A stretch of DNA of 64,000 nt. Source: Nitrospirota bacterium (GTDB lineage Bacteria > Nitrospirota > UBA9217). The stretch is taken from the NCBI GenBank assembly GCA_963751455.1, contig CAVVUN010000003.1:320001-384000 (forward strand), written 5' to 3'. Position 1 is the first letter of the stretch; each line of letters opens with the position of its first letter. This document shows, piece after piece, positions 9,637 to 20,222 of this stretch. The position numbers and the translations under genes are program-made. Below the pieces are notes generated by a model. The model worked only from the letters and a program-made list of their open reading frames with translations. It was not told the origin of the DNA and made no database searches.

Positions 9637-10491
9637 ATGCTTTTTTCTCAACGAAAAGGCTTAAAAGAAGCTCAAAAAATTGCTCAGATCGATTCGATGG
9701 ATGACGATTTGCGGTTTGGCCTGTGGACAGCTCTTCATGAATGTATATGGAATGAGTTTCAAGGGTATGCCGGTTACAACGACATAAAGCGATCGAATCT
9801 AGAACTTCTTTTTAAACGTTTATGGCATTCATATTTCAAGTACCCCATTGACAATCTAGAGCAATATCACCACCAAGCTATAAAAAGGATAAGGGAGTAT
9901 TTCTTAGAATGCAAATGGTTTGAAGTTTATGACATCATAGAGTTTATAAGTAAGAACTGTCCAGATGAACTCCAAGATGATTTTTGCAAATTTTGCAATG
10001 ATGTTCTTGATAGAGAAAACTCGGCTTATAGATTTGTTGAGGATGAACTAGCTGAAATATCTTCTCCGGTTGAAATTGAATCCATTGAAGAAGCTATTGA
10101 AAAAAGCTCCAAGCTTGGTGGTGTCAGAAAACACCTTAAGACATCCCTCGCCCTATTGTCGGATCGTAAGAAACCTGATTATAGAAACTCCATTAAAGAA
10201 TCGATCAGTGCAGTCGAAGCAATTTCTATTTTGATATCGGCAGATAAAAAAGCAACTCTAGGTACAGCTTTGGCTGTGATTGAACGCACAGGCACAATTC
10301 ATTCTGCACTCAAGAAGAGCTTATCATCGCTTTATGGATACACAAGCGATGCGGATGGAATAAGGCATGCGATGCTGGATGAAGACAAACTTACTTTCAA
10401 TGACGCAAAATTTATGTTGGTCACATGTACTGCTTTTATCAACTATCTTATCGGTAAGGCGAGTGAGTTGGGCTTAAAATTTAAAACATGA
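9637..10491 (+). CDS. AbiJ-NTD/HEPN-like putative anti-phage protein
   Basis: MLFSQRKG...DSMDDDLRFGLW N-terminus; NSIKESISAVE...LYGYTSDADGIRH C-terminus; low GC. Confidence 0.75.
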   Translation: MLFSQRKGLKEAQKIAQIDSMDDDLRFGLWTALHECIWNEFQGYAGYNDIKRSNLELLFKRLWHSYFKYPIDNLEQYHHQAIKRIREYFLECKWFEVYDIIEFISKNCPDELQDDFCKFCNDVLDRENSAYRFVEDELAEISSPVEIESIEEAIEKSSKLGGVRKHLKTSLALLSDRKKPDYRNSIKESISAVEAISILISADKKATLGTALAVIERTGTIHSALKKSLSSLYGYTSDADGIRHAMLDEDKLTFNDAKFMLVTCTAFINYLIGKASELGLKFKT

Positions 10492-10529
10492 TTGCCACGG
10501 CATCTGTAATGTATTGTTTGAGGAAGTGG

Positions 10530-10586
10530 AACTAACCTGGCGGTCCACATCGACTCGCCTTGCGGCGAGTGACCGCCGCGTTAGGC
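10530..10586 (+). other. attC site
   Basis: AACTAAC ... GGCGGTC(C)A / TGACCGCC with an extrahelical base ... GTTAGGC. Confidence 0.85.
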
Positions 10587-10728
10587 TCAGGGCGCTCAAT
10601 GAGGTTGATATTTTTCTCATGCAAGGTCGGAGGTTGACGGAACAACACGGAACAACCAAGAAACGCCTGTGCTGCGGGGCTGATAACCGACTTTCTATCC
10701 ATAGGACTAGAAAAAGTAGCATGAAAAA

Positions 10729-10868
10729 GTAGATACCCACGGGCTTACGCCCGTGGCACTTGAATTCAAAAGAAGCACCCCCTCCTAACTCCCCCTGAAG
10801 GAGGAGGGAAACAAGAGGGACGCATTCAACCACGGGCTAACGCCACGTGGTCTTCTGCTTCGTTTTGG
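10729..10868 (-). mobile_element. 140-bp IS200/IS605-like non-autonomous element, family 1, copy 1
   Basis: Reverse complement of 37438-37577; two subterminal hairpins; lies 3' of TTGAT on the minus strand; no target duplication. Confidence 0.85.
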
Positions 10869-11006
10869 ATCAAAGTTCATTTGATTTCCTCCTAAAGGAG
10901 AGATAAACTAGTAATAATTGTAAAACAAAAACTTCTTGACAGTTTCTCACACACGCCTGTATACTGTATAGACCTTAACGGGTATTCTCTGCGGAAAGGA
11001 TCGTTA

Positions 11007-11327
11007 ATGACAGACAAACCACGACCGGCTGTTAGGCAGGTTTCTGTAAAGCACGTCTACCCTGACGACTTAACGACCAGTTATGCTTCACAGATTGTCG
11101 TTCAGCATGACCCTGAAGTGTTCGTAGTGTCTTTCTTTGAAGCGTTTCCTCCGCTGGTTCTTGGCAGTTCCGAAGAAATTAAGTCTGGACTAGCGAATAT
11201 AAAGCATGTAGAAGCAAAATGTGTCGCACGGATAGTATTGACGCCTACAAAAATGAAGGAATTCGTCCAGATAGCGCAAAACAATTTGCAGAGATACATG
11301 AAAAGTTTTGAATTTAACGCCGAATAG
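11007..11327 (+). CDS. DUF3467-like protein
   Basis: YASQIVVQH...FVVSFFEAFPP...CVARIVLTP; TTGACA/TATACT promoter at about 10936-10965. Confidence 0.6.
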   Translation: MTDKPRPAVRQVSVKHVYPDDLTTSYASQIVVQHDPEVFVVSFFEAFPPLVLGSSEEIKSGLANIKHVEAKCVARIVLTPTKMKEFVQIAQNNLQRYMKSFEFNAE

Positions 11328-11345
11328 TTTATAGAGGTATTACAA

Positions 11346-11621
11346 ATGACAACCGCCCTGACAATGCCAGTTACTCCAGGACGTGCATCAAAACTTAAGC
11401 TTTCCCCTAAGGCTTTTAAAGTCTTTTCGCTTCAGAAGGACTATAAGCTGAATCAAATAGCTTATGATGTTACTTCTCTTGTGGAAACGCTAGTAGAATC
11501 ATGTGACGTAATCGACTATCCGAGTCACCGTGGGTCGTACTTTACCATGTTAGCTTCTGAAGACATCCTCGCGAGAGAATGGAATTCTCCAGAAGAGGAC
11601 CGTGCATGGGAAAATTTGTAA
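11346..11621 (+). CDS. Putative antitoxin
   Basis: C-terminal LASEDILAREWNSPEEDRAWENL is typical of PemK-paired antitoxins; overlaps the toxin start. Confidence 0.75.
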   Translation: MTTALTMPVTPGRASKLKLSPKAFKVFSLQKDYKLNQIAYDVTSLVETLVESCDVIDYPSHRGSYFTMLASEDILAREWNSPEEDRAWENL

Positions 11622-11935
11622 AGGGAGACGTTGTTGTAATCCCCTTTCCGTTTTCTGATTTAACACAAACAAAAAGACGCCCTGCTCTAGTCGTCGTTCC
11701 TCTAAGGGGTGACGATGTAATTCTCTGTCAAATTACTTCAAATACAGTTGACCCTCTCGCTATTCCGCTCGTTGTCTCCGACTTTAACCAAGGAGCCATT
11801 GGCCACGACTCCTATATTCGTCCGAATCGTCTTTTTACCGCCGATTCTAATCTGATACTGCGTTGCGCCGGACGTATCTCAAATCCCAAAATAAATGAAG
11901 TAATTGACAAAATAGTTGAAATTATTAAATCCTAA
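11606..11935 (+). CDS. PemK/MazF-family toxin
   Basis: GDVVVIPFPFSDLTQTKRRPALVV...ILCQITS. Confidence 0.9.
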   Translation: MGKFVKGDVVVIPFPFSDLTQTKRRPALVVVPLRGDDVILCQITSNTVDPLAIPLVVSDFNQGAIGHDSYIRPNRLFTADSNLILRCAGRISNPKINEVIDKIVEIIKS

Positions 11936-12124
11936 ATGGAATGTAAAACCATTCCTGAATGAATCACTTTAATGACTGCATAAATCCGAAACCATAAATA
12001 ACTTTATGTCTGTTCCTCGTCATAATCCAATCCGCTACAAGCCCGCAGCCCGTAATAAATCTTTCTTGGAATTAGATGCACTTTTGGATAATCAAACCGT
12101 TTTCCATATACTTCCGAAGGACTA

Positions 12125-12557
12125 ATCGGGTAGCCGGGGGATTCTCTCCCCCAGCCCCACACCACCCGGCGTGCGGGTCCGCACCGGGCGATTCGCGGAA
12201 AATTATCGGGCCGTAGCCGGATAGTAAGTCTTGATCCATCGTGTTCTGATAGAAGTAAGCCCCTGCCTTTTGAGATATGCGTTGGACAGGCCGACGTTCA
12301 TGGCCTCGGTCTTTGCAAGATGCCAGTAGCCCTTCCTGCTCATTCCCACAGATACGGCGTGCTTTTCGCTCACGCCGAGTTTCATCAGCTCCCTCACCCG
12401 CTTTCTCGTCCTGCGCCACTGCTTCCAGTAGCACATACGCATACGGCGACGAAGGCGCTGATCGAGTTCGACGGCGTCGTTGTATCTCATGCCGATACCG
12501 AAGTAGTTCATCCACCCCTGAAGATAAAGGCGGATTTCCTCGTACCGACGCTTCATT
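12125..12557 (-). mobile_element. ltrA: Group IIC(-attC) intron 3' remnant: maturase C-terminus, D5, D6
   Basis: GWMNYFG...RRRMRMCYWKQWR maturase segment (12203..12556); D5/D6 ending CCCGAT; flanked by GGACTA (R''-like). Confidence 0.8.
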
Positions 12558-14181
12558 CCTTAAAAGAGCAGTTGGTCCTTGTCAAACGAAGTTAATTGAT
12601 GGATATTGCAGCAATTAACCCGAAGAGGAGGACTCGCCCAATGGGTGAACCAAATAGATCGTTGTCTGCACGGAAACCAGAGGGAGTTGCGGTCGATACG
12701 TTCAGCGGTCGTATCCACGTAGAATGGGATCCGACTGCAGCCGTTACGCCACTGGGACAGATGGCATTTTTCATCGATTTTCTGAAGACCGGCGGTCTCT
12801 ACGATCCCTGGGTTGCTGATTGTCCGCTTCACTACACAAGCCCCAATGCACCGGAAAAGCGAGATGTGCTGGGCACGGTGTTATTGTCTGTTCTGGCCGG
12901 CCACCATCGCTACTCGCATATTACGAACGTTCGGTGCGACAACGTCAATCCCGGCCTGCTCGGCATGACCGCCGTCGTGAGTGAGGACTCGGTGCGAAAA
13001 GCCCTGCGCCAGATAGATGAAACTCAGGGGGTGCATTGGCTCAAGGAACATGTCAGGCGTTGTTATGACGCGCTGCTTTCTGTGTCCTGGATCATGGATG
13101 GCGACACCACGGTAAAACCGCTGTACGGGAAACAGGAAGGCGCAGTGGTCGGCTATAATCCTCACAAGCCTGGCAGGCCGTCTCATACCTACCACAGCTA
13201 TCTGATGGCCAACACCCGGCTCGTGCTGGATGTCGAGGTACAGGCGGGCAACAAAACCGCAACCTGCTATAGCACGCCGGGCTTGTGGGAGTTGCTGGGC
13301 TCCATTCCAAAACGTCACTGGCCCGCGTTTTTTCGGGGCGATTCAGGCTGGGGAAATGACGTCTTCATGTCCCAGGCGGAAACAAAAGGCCTGCCCTATC
13401 TGGTCAAGCTCCGCCTCACCAAAAACGTGCGGAAGCTCATCGAAAAGACATTTCAGCGGAATGGTTGGCAGCAAGCCGGTCAGGGATGGGAAGGTGTGGA
13501 AGAAGAACTTCAGCTTATGGGGTGGAAGATAAAGCGGCGCGTCATCGTACTTCGACGGGCGCTCAAGGGCGATGTCGTCATCAGTGAGAAAGACAAGGAT
13601 CAGATGGAGCTTGGTTTCGTCGAGACGAATGGAACCGCAAAGCGGTATGAATACGCAGTGCTGGCCACAACCATTCCGGGCGAAGTCCTTACCATCGCGC
13701 AGCACTACCGGGATCGGGCCGATGCTGAGAACAATTTCGATGAACTGAAAAATCAGTGGGGGTGGGGAGGCTATACGACCAAAGATCTGAAACGCTGTGG
13801 CTATATGGCCCGGATCGTGGCGTTGATCTACAACTGGTGGTCCCTCTTTGTGCGGCTCGCCCGACCGGACAAGCATCTGGAGGCTGTTACGAGCCGGCCG
13901 TTGCTTCTTCATGCGGTCGCCAAACAAACATATCACCAGAGCCAGACTACCGTGACCATTACAAGCGCTCACGCAAAGACGGAGAAAATACAGGGCACGC
14001 TCAATGAGATCGCCCTGTTTCTGAGAAGACTCCGGGAAACTGCGGAGCAGTTGACGCAGGCGGAACGTTGGAGGTTGATCTTAAGCCGTGCATTCAACAA
14101 AATCCTGAAGGGGAAACCCCTCTCGACGCCAGCTTTGCTGCCTCAGCCAATGTGAAAATAGACTCAACTGCCGTTTTTAGG
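12558..14181 (+). mobile_element. IS1380-family insertion sequence
   Basis: Terminal IRs CCTTAAAAGAGCAGTTG and CAACTGCCGTTTTTAGG; no clear target duplication. Confidence 0.85.
12596..14155 (+). CDS. IS1380-family DDE transposase
   Basis: DGDTTVKPLYGKQEG, RGDSGWG, YRDRADAENNFDELKNQWG. Confidence 0.9.
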   Translation: MMDIAAINPKRRTRPMGEPNRSLSARKPEGVAVDTFSGRIHVEWDPTAAVTPLGQMAFFIDFLKTGGLYDPWVADCPLHYTSPNAPEKRDVLGTVLLSVLAGHHRYSHITNVRCDNVNPGLLGMTAVVSEDSVRKALRQIDETQGVHWLKEHVRRCYDALLSVSWIMDGDTTVKPLYGKQEGAVVGYNPHKPGRPSHTYHSYLMANTRLVLDVEVQAGNKTATCYSTPGLWELLGSIPKRHWPAFFRGDSGWGNDVFMSQAETKGLPYLVKLRLTKNVRKLIEKTFQRNGWQQAGQGWEGVEEELQLMGWKIKRRVIVLRRALKGDVVISEKDKDQMELGFVETNGTAKRYEYAVLATTIPGEVLTIAQHYRDRADAENNFDELKNQWGWGGYTTKDLKRCGYMARIVALIYNWWSLFVRLARPDKHLEAVTSRPLLLHAVAKQTYHQSQTTVTITSAHAKTEKIQGTLNEIALFLRRLRETAEQLTQAERWRLILSRAFNKILKGKPLSTPALLPQPM

Positions 14182-14210
14182 ATTATGTCTTTTCAAAAAG
14201 CGCGCGAAGG

Positions 14211-15959
14211 CTATCTTCCCAATCTCAGCTTCCCTCCCGCAGCAGACTTGACCGCTTCCTGCAGCACATCGTTCAAACGCTTCTCGACTTCATCGATCCT
14301 TCCGCCCTGTTCGTTCAGGCCGCCGAAGCTTTCCCTCAGGTCCTTCAGCTGCGTCCCGGTCCGGTCCTGGATCGCTGATTTAAGTTGTTGTTCGAGCCTG
14401 GCGCCTTGTTCCTGTACGACCGATCCCACTGCGTTTTTGAGCACCCGGTCAAGGTCCGACGATACGTTCATCGTATAGTTTTCGAGAGAACCGGCTATAT
14501 CCGCGGACAGGGAAAATTTGGAAACCTTCGACAGAGCGGATTTTACCGCCGTAACAAACGGATTGTCCGATCCGTCGCCTCCTATGTTCATCACTGCCGA
14601 GCTTACATTGGCGGTAATATTCGCCTTCAGCGCCTGGGTAAACGACCCGTCGATATTGAAATCAACAAGCCCTTCCTTCATCGCTATGGGCAAGTCTTTG
14701 TTCTTCGAGAGAACGAGATCGTTGACCCGGAAGCCGCTTATTGAAAGACGTGCAATATCTTTAGGACTGACCGGCACAACATGGTTGAGCGATCCCGTGA
14801 TCGAAATCGACTTTGCGGCTTTCAGTTTTTCCCCGGACAGCGCGAACGTAAGCGGAATGCCGAGGATGTTCTGATCGGGAGTGATGTTCCTGATCGTTCC
14901 TGCGAGGACCCCCGCGGTTGTCTCTGCCGAAATCGCGGACCGGTCGATCAGAAAATCGGGCAGCGGTCTGAACTCCCTGAAGCGGACATCTACCCCTTTC
15001 CCGCGTACCGGTTTCACCACGGTCACGTCTTTTTTTTGCGCCTTTGCCCTCTCCACAACCGGCTGCAGCCTGTTATACCACAGAAGTCCGCTCCGGACCC
15101 ACGACGAGAGCTGGTCGCCGAACAGGAGTTGGCTGATATTGGCAAGGCCCGCGGGCGAGATGCTGTACTTGTCCCGCAGCCGCCGCACATCGTTCAGGGG
15201 TGCCTGCTCGGCTTTTTCGAGCACGCTTTTGGATGCGGCCAGATCGCTCTTGAACGCCGTGCGCACATTTTTCACAAGGTCAAGGTCCTGCTCGATGTCT
15301 CTCCTGATTGCCCTCACCTCTGAAACCTGCGAGGCAGCGCCCAGAATGTCCCTCTGCGACTTCCTGACCTTCTCGATCCTGGCTTTGTAACCGTCAACCT
15401 TGGCCTTGTTCGGCATTTCTTCGATTCGCTTTTGCCAGTCCGCTTTTCTTTTCTGAAGGTCCGCGCGCGTAGTCTCTATCAGCTTGATCGATTCAAGGTT
15501 CTCGTTCTGCAGGATCTCCTTTATATTCGGAGTTTTTATCGCGAGCCCGAACACCGTTTCCTTGCCTTCTTCAGCCTTTTTTTCCTCGCGCTTGCTCACG
15601 CGGCCGGGACGTTTCCGCGGAGTATCGAATCGAACGCCTTCAACGGCCATCTCGTTAATGATCGTCTTGCGCCGCAGCAGGTTCAGACTGTCGAGGGAAA
15701 AGGAGATTCGGCCGCATTCGACACTGTTCGTTGCCGGCGCCTCCGGGTTCGTAACCTCGAGTCCGTTCAACGTCATCGCAAGCGGAACAAGCGTCACGTC
15801 TACATCATGCACGTCGACTTGGGCGCCTACGATCAATTCACCGGTCCTTTCGATGGTGCGCTTCACGAGACCGTCGAAGATAAGCAGCCAGAATACAGCG
15901 AGCATTCCCGCAATCAGGACAAATACTATGACTCCCTGCCACCGGATCCATTTTGTCAT
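14211..15959 (-). CDS. TIGR03545-family protein (AsmA-like)
   Basis: MTKWIRWQG, TM anchor, long helical and beta-rich body; follows the TIGR03546 gene. Confidence 0.8.
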   Translation of the reverse strand: MTKWIRWQGVIVFVLIAGMLAVFWLLIFDGLVKRTIERTGELIVGAQVDVHDVDVTLVPLAMTLNGLEVTNPEAPATNSVECGRISFSLDSLNLLRRKTIINEMAVEGVRFDTPRKRPGRVSKREEKKAEEGKETVFGLAIKTPNIKEILQNENLESIKLIETTRADLQKRKADWQKRIEEMPNKAKVDGYKARIEKVRKSQRDILGAASQVSEVRAIRRDIEQDLDLVKNVRTAFKSDLAASKSVLEKAEQAPLNDVRRLRDKYSISPAGLANISQLLFGDQLSSWVRSGLLWYNRLQPVVERAKAQKKDVTVVKPVRGKGVDVRFREFRPLPDFLIDRSAISAETTAGVLAGTIRNITPDQNILGIPLTFALSGEKLKAAKSISITGSLNHVVPVSPKDIARLSISGFRVNDLVLSKNKDLPIAMKEGLVDFNIDGSFTQALKANITANVSSAVMNIGGDGSDNPFVTAVKSALSKVSKFSLSADIAGSLENYTMNVSSDLDRVLKNAVGSVVQEQGARLEQQLKSAIQDRTGTQLKDLRESFGGLNEQGGRIDEVEKRLNDVLQEAVKSAAGGKLRLGR

Positions 15960-16480
15960 TTCAGTCTCCCGGCCCAGCCGGACACTGTTTCATAGTAGTG
16001 GTAGAAATCGCTGGCTTTGATCATCTGCATGACACGTGTCTTTCTAATCCAGGTGAGGAACGTTGCCCGGTACTTCCGTATCAGCATGTTCGACAGGAGA
16101 AACAGCGGTATGAAAAACAGGATAGCGAAGATAAAACCGCCCATCACGACCGAATTGTTGAACCTTTGGATCCTCCAGATCGTGGAATTATACATCGCAG
16201 TCCACACACCCTCAAGGGGGGAAGCTGTAAGCAGTGCCAGCCCCAGCGGATGAAAGAGCGGATCGAGAAGATAGGCGATTCCTGAAAAAAAAGCGGTCCC
16301 GAGCAGATAGGCAGACAGGTTCACCCTGACCAGGCAGACAATAAGGATAATGACCAGGTTCAGCGGACTAAGGAAAGTGAGAAAGCCGCTCACCATAGAA
16401 AAACTGAAAGCAAGGCTGATTTGAGAGGGGTCGGTCTCGGAATTCAGGACCTTCAAAAGCTTTGCGAGCATCCGAATCAT
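15956..16480 (-). CDS. TIGR03546-family membrane protein
   Basis: KLLKVLNSETDPSQIS...RFNNSVVMGG. Confidence 0.8.
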   Translation of the reverse strand: MIRMLAKLLKVLNSETDPSQISLAFSFSMVSGFLTFLSPLNLVIILIVCLVRVNLSAYLLGTAFFSGIAYLLDPLFHPLGLALLTASPLEGVWTAMYNSTIWRIQRFNNSVVMGGFIFAILFFIPLFLLSNMLIRKYRATFLTWIRKTRVMQMIKASDFYHYYETVSGWAGRLK

Positions 16481-16587
16481 GTGGTGACCTCATGGAGTCG
16501 AGGGACGATCGTTCGCTTCGCTCACTATGAAGAGGGACGCAGTTATACCGGCTTTTTCGTCCATCTTCGCTCATCCGTCATCCCTCA

Positions 16588-18180
16588 TCAATTTTTTACA
16601 GTATACCTCGCATCGAACCGGCGCGCTGCCGGGATTTTCGTGATGCCGTGGTCCGGGTTCGCGCTCGTATGCTCCAGGATCTTGAATACTGCTTCTGCGC
16701 TGCCTTCGGCCTGCATTGCCTCTGCAATTTCTTCGGCGGTAAACGCTTTGCCGATGTTCGTGATCAAATAGGTCATCACTGTCTGCTGAAGCTTTATGAT
16801 CTCGCCCGCCATTTTCTTGCCCGCCTCGACCCCCGGCTGGTGATACGCATTGATGCCGACGAGCGCGGCATAAAAACCGACTGCCCGCTCGTACAGCGCA
16901 ATCAAGGCGCCTATTGATTGCGGGTCGAGCTTATCGAGCGTGATCGTGATCGATTCCCGCTTGTTTTCGAACAAGGCGTTCCGGGTGCCCTCAAGATACG
17001 CGCTCAGGTAGTCGCCGCTCGTCACGCCCGGCTCCACGTCGATTGACTTTTCTTTGCGGTCTTCGAGCACCTTGATGAAGGTCGCAAAGAAATTGTTGAC
17101 GCCGTCCCGAAGCTGCTGCACATAGGCATGCTGATCGGTTGTGCCTTTGTTCCCGTAGACCGCAATGCCCTGGTTCACAACCCGTCCCTTAAGGTTTTTT
17201 TCCTTGCCAAGCGACTCCATCACGAGCTGCTGAAGATACCGGGAGAAGAGCGCCAGCCGGTCTTTATAAGGAAGGATAACCATGTCCTTCGCGCCCTTGC
17301 CGCCGGTTGCATGATACCAGGCAAGGGCCAGAAGCGCCGCAGGATTGGACGCGGTTTGCTTCGACCTCGTCTGCTCATCGCACACTGCTGCACCCTTTAA
17401 CAGGGCATCAATGTCGATTCCCTGTAAGGAAGCAGGGAGTAAGCCAACTGCTGACATCAGGGAAGTTCTCCCACCAACCCAATCCCACATGGGGAAAGTC
17501 GCAATCCATGAATCTTTTTTCGCCAATTCATGAAGCTTGCTCCCCACTCCTGTAACAGCGACTGCATGCCGTGCAAACGAAAGCCCGGCTTTTTCATACG
17601 CAGCGGCAACTTCAAGCATGCCGTTTCGCGTTTCAATTGTGCTGCCGCTTTTTGAAATGACGATTGTCAGGGTATCGTCAAGGCCTGTTCCGATATCGGC
17701 CAGGACCCTGTCAATGCCGTCCGGATCGGTGTTATCGAGAAACCTCGGTTTCATCTTGTCGGCAGTCGTTGCCAGGGCATCAGCGATAAACTGCGGACCG
17801 AGAGCCGAACCTCCGATCCCGATGATAAGCATATTCTGAAAGCGGGCCCGTTTTCTCGGCGCGATCCGGGCAGCATGTATCGCGTAAGTAAAATCTTTTA
17901 CAGCCTGGATCATCTCTTCGATATCCCGTTTGATTTCCGGAGACGGTGCGCGGCCGGGCGAGCGGAGCCAGTAATGCCCAACCATCCGGTTTTCATCCGG
18001 GTTCGCAATCCCGCCTGCCTCGAGCGCTTCCATGGCGGCGTATGCCTTGTTTATCGGCGCCTTCATCCGGATGAAATAATCCTTTTCGAAAAACATTCTG
18101 CTGATGTCAAGGGAGAGGCCTGCGGAAGGCGCTTCGCATAAATATTTTTTGTACTGCTTCCAGCCTGATTTATTATCCAT
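16588..18180 (-). CDS. pgi: Glucose-6-phosphate isomerase
   Basis: [42 protein letters not shown]. Confidence 0.95.
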   Translation of the reverse strand: MDNKSGWKQYKKYLCEAPSAGLSLDISRMFFEKDYFIRMKAPINKAYAAMEALEAGGIANPDENRMVGHYWLRSPGRAPSPEIKRDIEEMIQAVKDFTYAIHAARIAPRKRARFQNMLIIGIGGSALGPQFIADALATTADKMKPRFLDNTDPDGIDRVLADIGTGLDDTLTIVISKSGSTIETRNGMLEVAAAYEKAGLSFARHAVAVTGVGSKLHELAKKDSWIATFPMWDWVGGRTSLMSAVGLLPASLQGIDIDALLKGAAVCDEQTRSKQTASNPAALLALAWYHATGGKGAKDMVILPYKDRLALFSRYLQQLVMESLGKEKNLKGRVVNQGIAVYGNKGTTDQHAYVQQLRDGVNNFFATFIKVLEDRKEKSIDVEPGVTSGDYLSAYLEGTRNALFENKRESITITLDKLDPQSIGALIALYERAVGFYAALVGINAYHQPGVEAGKKMAGEIIKLQQTVMTYLITNIGKAFTAEEIAEAMQAEGSAEAVFKILEHTSANPDHGITKIPAARRFDARYTVKN

Positions 18181-18242
18181 TGTTTGTCTGCCGCAGGCCA
18201 TTATTCAGCTGATGCGGAAATTTCCTCCTTGAAGAATTCAGG

Positions 18243-18506
18243 TTATTTTTTTTTCGAGGTCTCTTCTTCCGTGCCGTAAACAGCCCTGATCCGGCGGCCC
18301 AGTTCCCGAAGGGCATCGCTGAAAGTCCTTCCCTCATCCATTAGCTCCCGCATCACCTCTGCCTTGCTCAGTTCGGTGATGATCTCGTCATTGCCGTCCG
18401 CCACGTCGCACTTGTTTTCTCCCTTGGTTACCTGTTCCAGAATGCAGGCTTCCAGCTGTGCGACAGAATACTTTTCTACCAGCTTTTTTAATTCTTTGGT
18501 TTCCAT
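18243..18506 (-). CDS. Hypothetical protein
   Basis: 87-aa ORF of plausible composition, co-oriented with pgi. Confidence 0.65.
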   Translation of the reverse strand: METKELKKLVEKYSVAQLEACILEQVTKGENKCDVADGNDEIITELSKAEVMRELMDEGRTFSDALRELGRRIRAVYGTEEETSKKK

Positions 18507-18646
18507 AGTTTAAAATAATACAAATATTTTATCATAGACGGAGCAAACATTAAAGATATTCGTCGTTGATGAATCTTGCATTCGAGCTGCTCCATTCGGG
18601 CAAAAAGAGCTTTTTAGCCATTCAGCATTATGGTAATATACGGGCC

Positions 18647-20017
18647 ATGCATGAAAAGGAAACGATATGCGCAGTTTCAACGCCTCCGGGCGAAGGCGGC
18701 ATCGGCATCATCCGGGTAAGCGGTCCGGAGGCAATCAGTATCACCGCTGCCGTGTTCAGGCCGGTCAACGAAAAAGATCTTCAATCCGGGGCCTCTCACA
18801 CGATCCATTACGGCCATATTATTGATCCGGCTGACGGCAAGGTTGTCGATGAAGTGCTCGTCAGCCTCATGCGTGCACGTTCCACGTATACGCGGGAAGA
18901 CGTTGTAGAGATAAACTGCCACGGCGGTATGACGCCGCTGTTGCGCACAATAAATCTGCTGATCGCGGCAGGCGCGCGGCAGGCCGAGCCCGGTGAATTT
19001 ACCAGAAGAGCGTTCCTGAACGGAAGGATAGACCTGGCACAGGCGGAAGCCGTGATGGATGTAATCAGGGCAAAGACGGAGCTGGCGCACAAGGCGGCGA
19101 ACGAGCTTTTGCTGGGGGGCTTGTCCGGCGAAATCGGCGGCCTCAGGAACGATCTTATTTCGAGTCTCGCGTCCGTAGAGGCGGGTATCGATTTCCCGGA
19201 AGAGGATATCGAGACGCAAAGCGGACGCCCTCTTATTGACGAGCTTTCGCAAGTTCTTAAAAGAATCGAAAGCCTTCTCTCCGGCGTCGCATATGGAAGG
19301 ATACTGCGGGAGGGTTTTGCGACAGCCATAGTGGGCCGGCCGAATGTCGGAAAGTCTTCACTTCTGAACGCTTTACTGAAACAGGACCGGGCGATCGTAA
19401 CCGAGATCCCGGGTACGACAAGGGACGTGCTCGAGGAGTATCTCAACATCAGCGGCGTACCGCTCAGGATCCTGGATACAGCCGGCATAAGGCATTCCCA
19501 TGATATCGTGGAGCAGGAAGGCGTCCGAAGATCGCTTTCAGCGATTGCGTCCGCGGACATGGTCCTCGTCGTTCTTGACGGCTCTTGCGCGCTTTCTGAT
19601 GAAGACAGACGAGTACTGGGCGAAGTCAAGGATAAGAAAACGATTGCCGTGATCAACAAGTCGGACCTGCCGCGAAAGAGCGAACCGATCACATGGCCTA
19701 CAGCGCAGGTCGCGGTATCGTGCCGCAACGGAGAAGGGCTGCAGCTTCTTACACAGACGATATCCGATATGGTTAAAAACGGGATGGCTGCCTCACGCGA
19801 GCATGCCTGGCTAGTCAACGAGCGGCACAAAAGGGCACTGGAGAAGACGAAGCAAGGTCTTGAAAAATCGATTACGTCAGCCAATGCGGGTCTGTCACCT
19901 GAATTTATCGCCCTGGATCTTCGGGACGCGCTCGACAGTATAGGTCTTATCATCGGCGCCACCTATACGGACGATATTCTTGACCGGATCTTTAACGACT
20001 TTTGCATCGGGAAGTAA
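18647..20017 (+). CDS. mnmE: tRNA modification GTPase MnmE
   Basis: TICAVSTPPGEGGIGIIR, GRPNVGKS, DTAGIR, terminal FCIGK. Confidence 0.97.
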   Translation: MHEKETICAVSTPPGEGGIGIIRVSGPEAISITAAVFRPVNEKDLQSGASHTIHYGHIIDPADGKVVDEVLVSLMRARSTYTREDVVEINCHGGMTPLLRTINLLIAAGARQAEPGEFTRRAFLNGRIDLAQAEAVMDVIRAKTELAHKAANELLLGGLSGEIGGLRNDLISSLASVEAGIDFPEEDIETQSGRPLIDELSQVLKRIESLLSGVAYGRILREGFATAIVGRPNVGKSSLLNALLKQDRAIVTEIPGTTRDVLEEYLNISGVPLRILDTAGIRHSHDIVEQEGVRRSLSAIASADMVLVVLDGSCALSDEDRRVLGEVKDKKTIAVINKSDLPRKSEPITWPTAQVAVSCRNGEGLQLLTQTISDMVKNGMAASREHAWLVNERHKRALEKTKQGLEKSITSANAGLSPEFIALDLRDALDSIGLIIGATYTDDILDRIFNDFCIGK

Positions 20018-20097
20018 TGAAAAGGGGAAGTACGCTTTTTGTAAGACGCTCACACCTCAGACCAGTAAAGAAAAATCTGAAGCCTGAAAAGCTTTAT

Positions 20098-20181
20098 CCG
20101 CAGATTACGCAGATTTCGCAGATAAAAACAAAACCAGAATTCCGGTTTTAGAATCTGCGTCAATCTGCGAAATCTGCGGAT
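20098..20181. repeat. Intergenic inverted (CGCAGAT)n/(ATCTGCG)n repeat
   Basis: Related repeats at about 28811-28890, 50308-50353, 56446-56518, 59961-60102 and 62188-62300. Confidence 0.65.
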
Positions 20182-20222
20182 AAGATAATATGTTGAGCTG
20201 TTAAATATCCTGAGGACTTCGA

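Noticed and set aside
10474-10833. ORFs starting MVECVPLVSLL (also 37473..37742)
   Set aside because: Translations of the 140-bp element, not genes.
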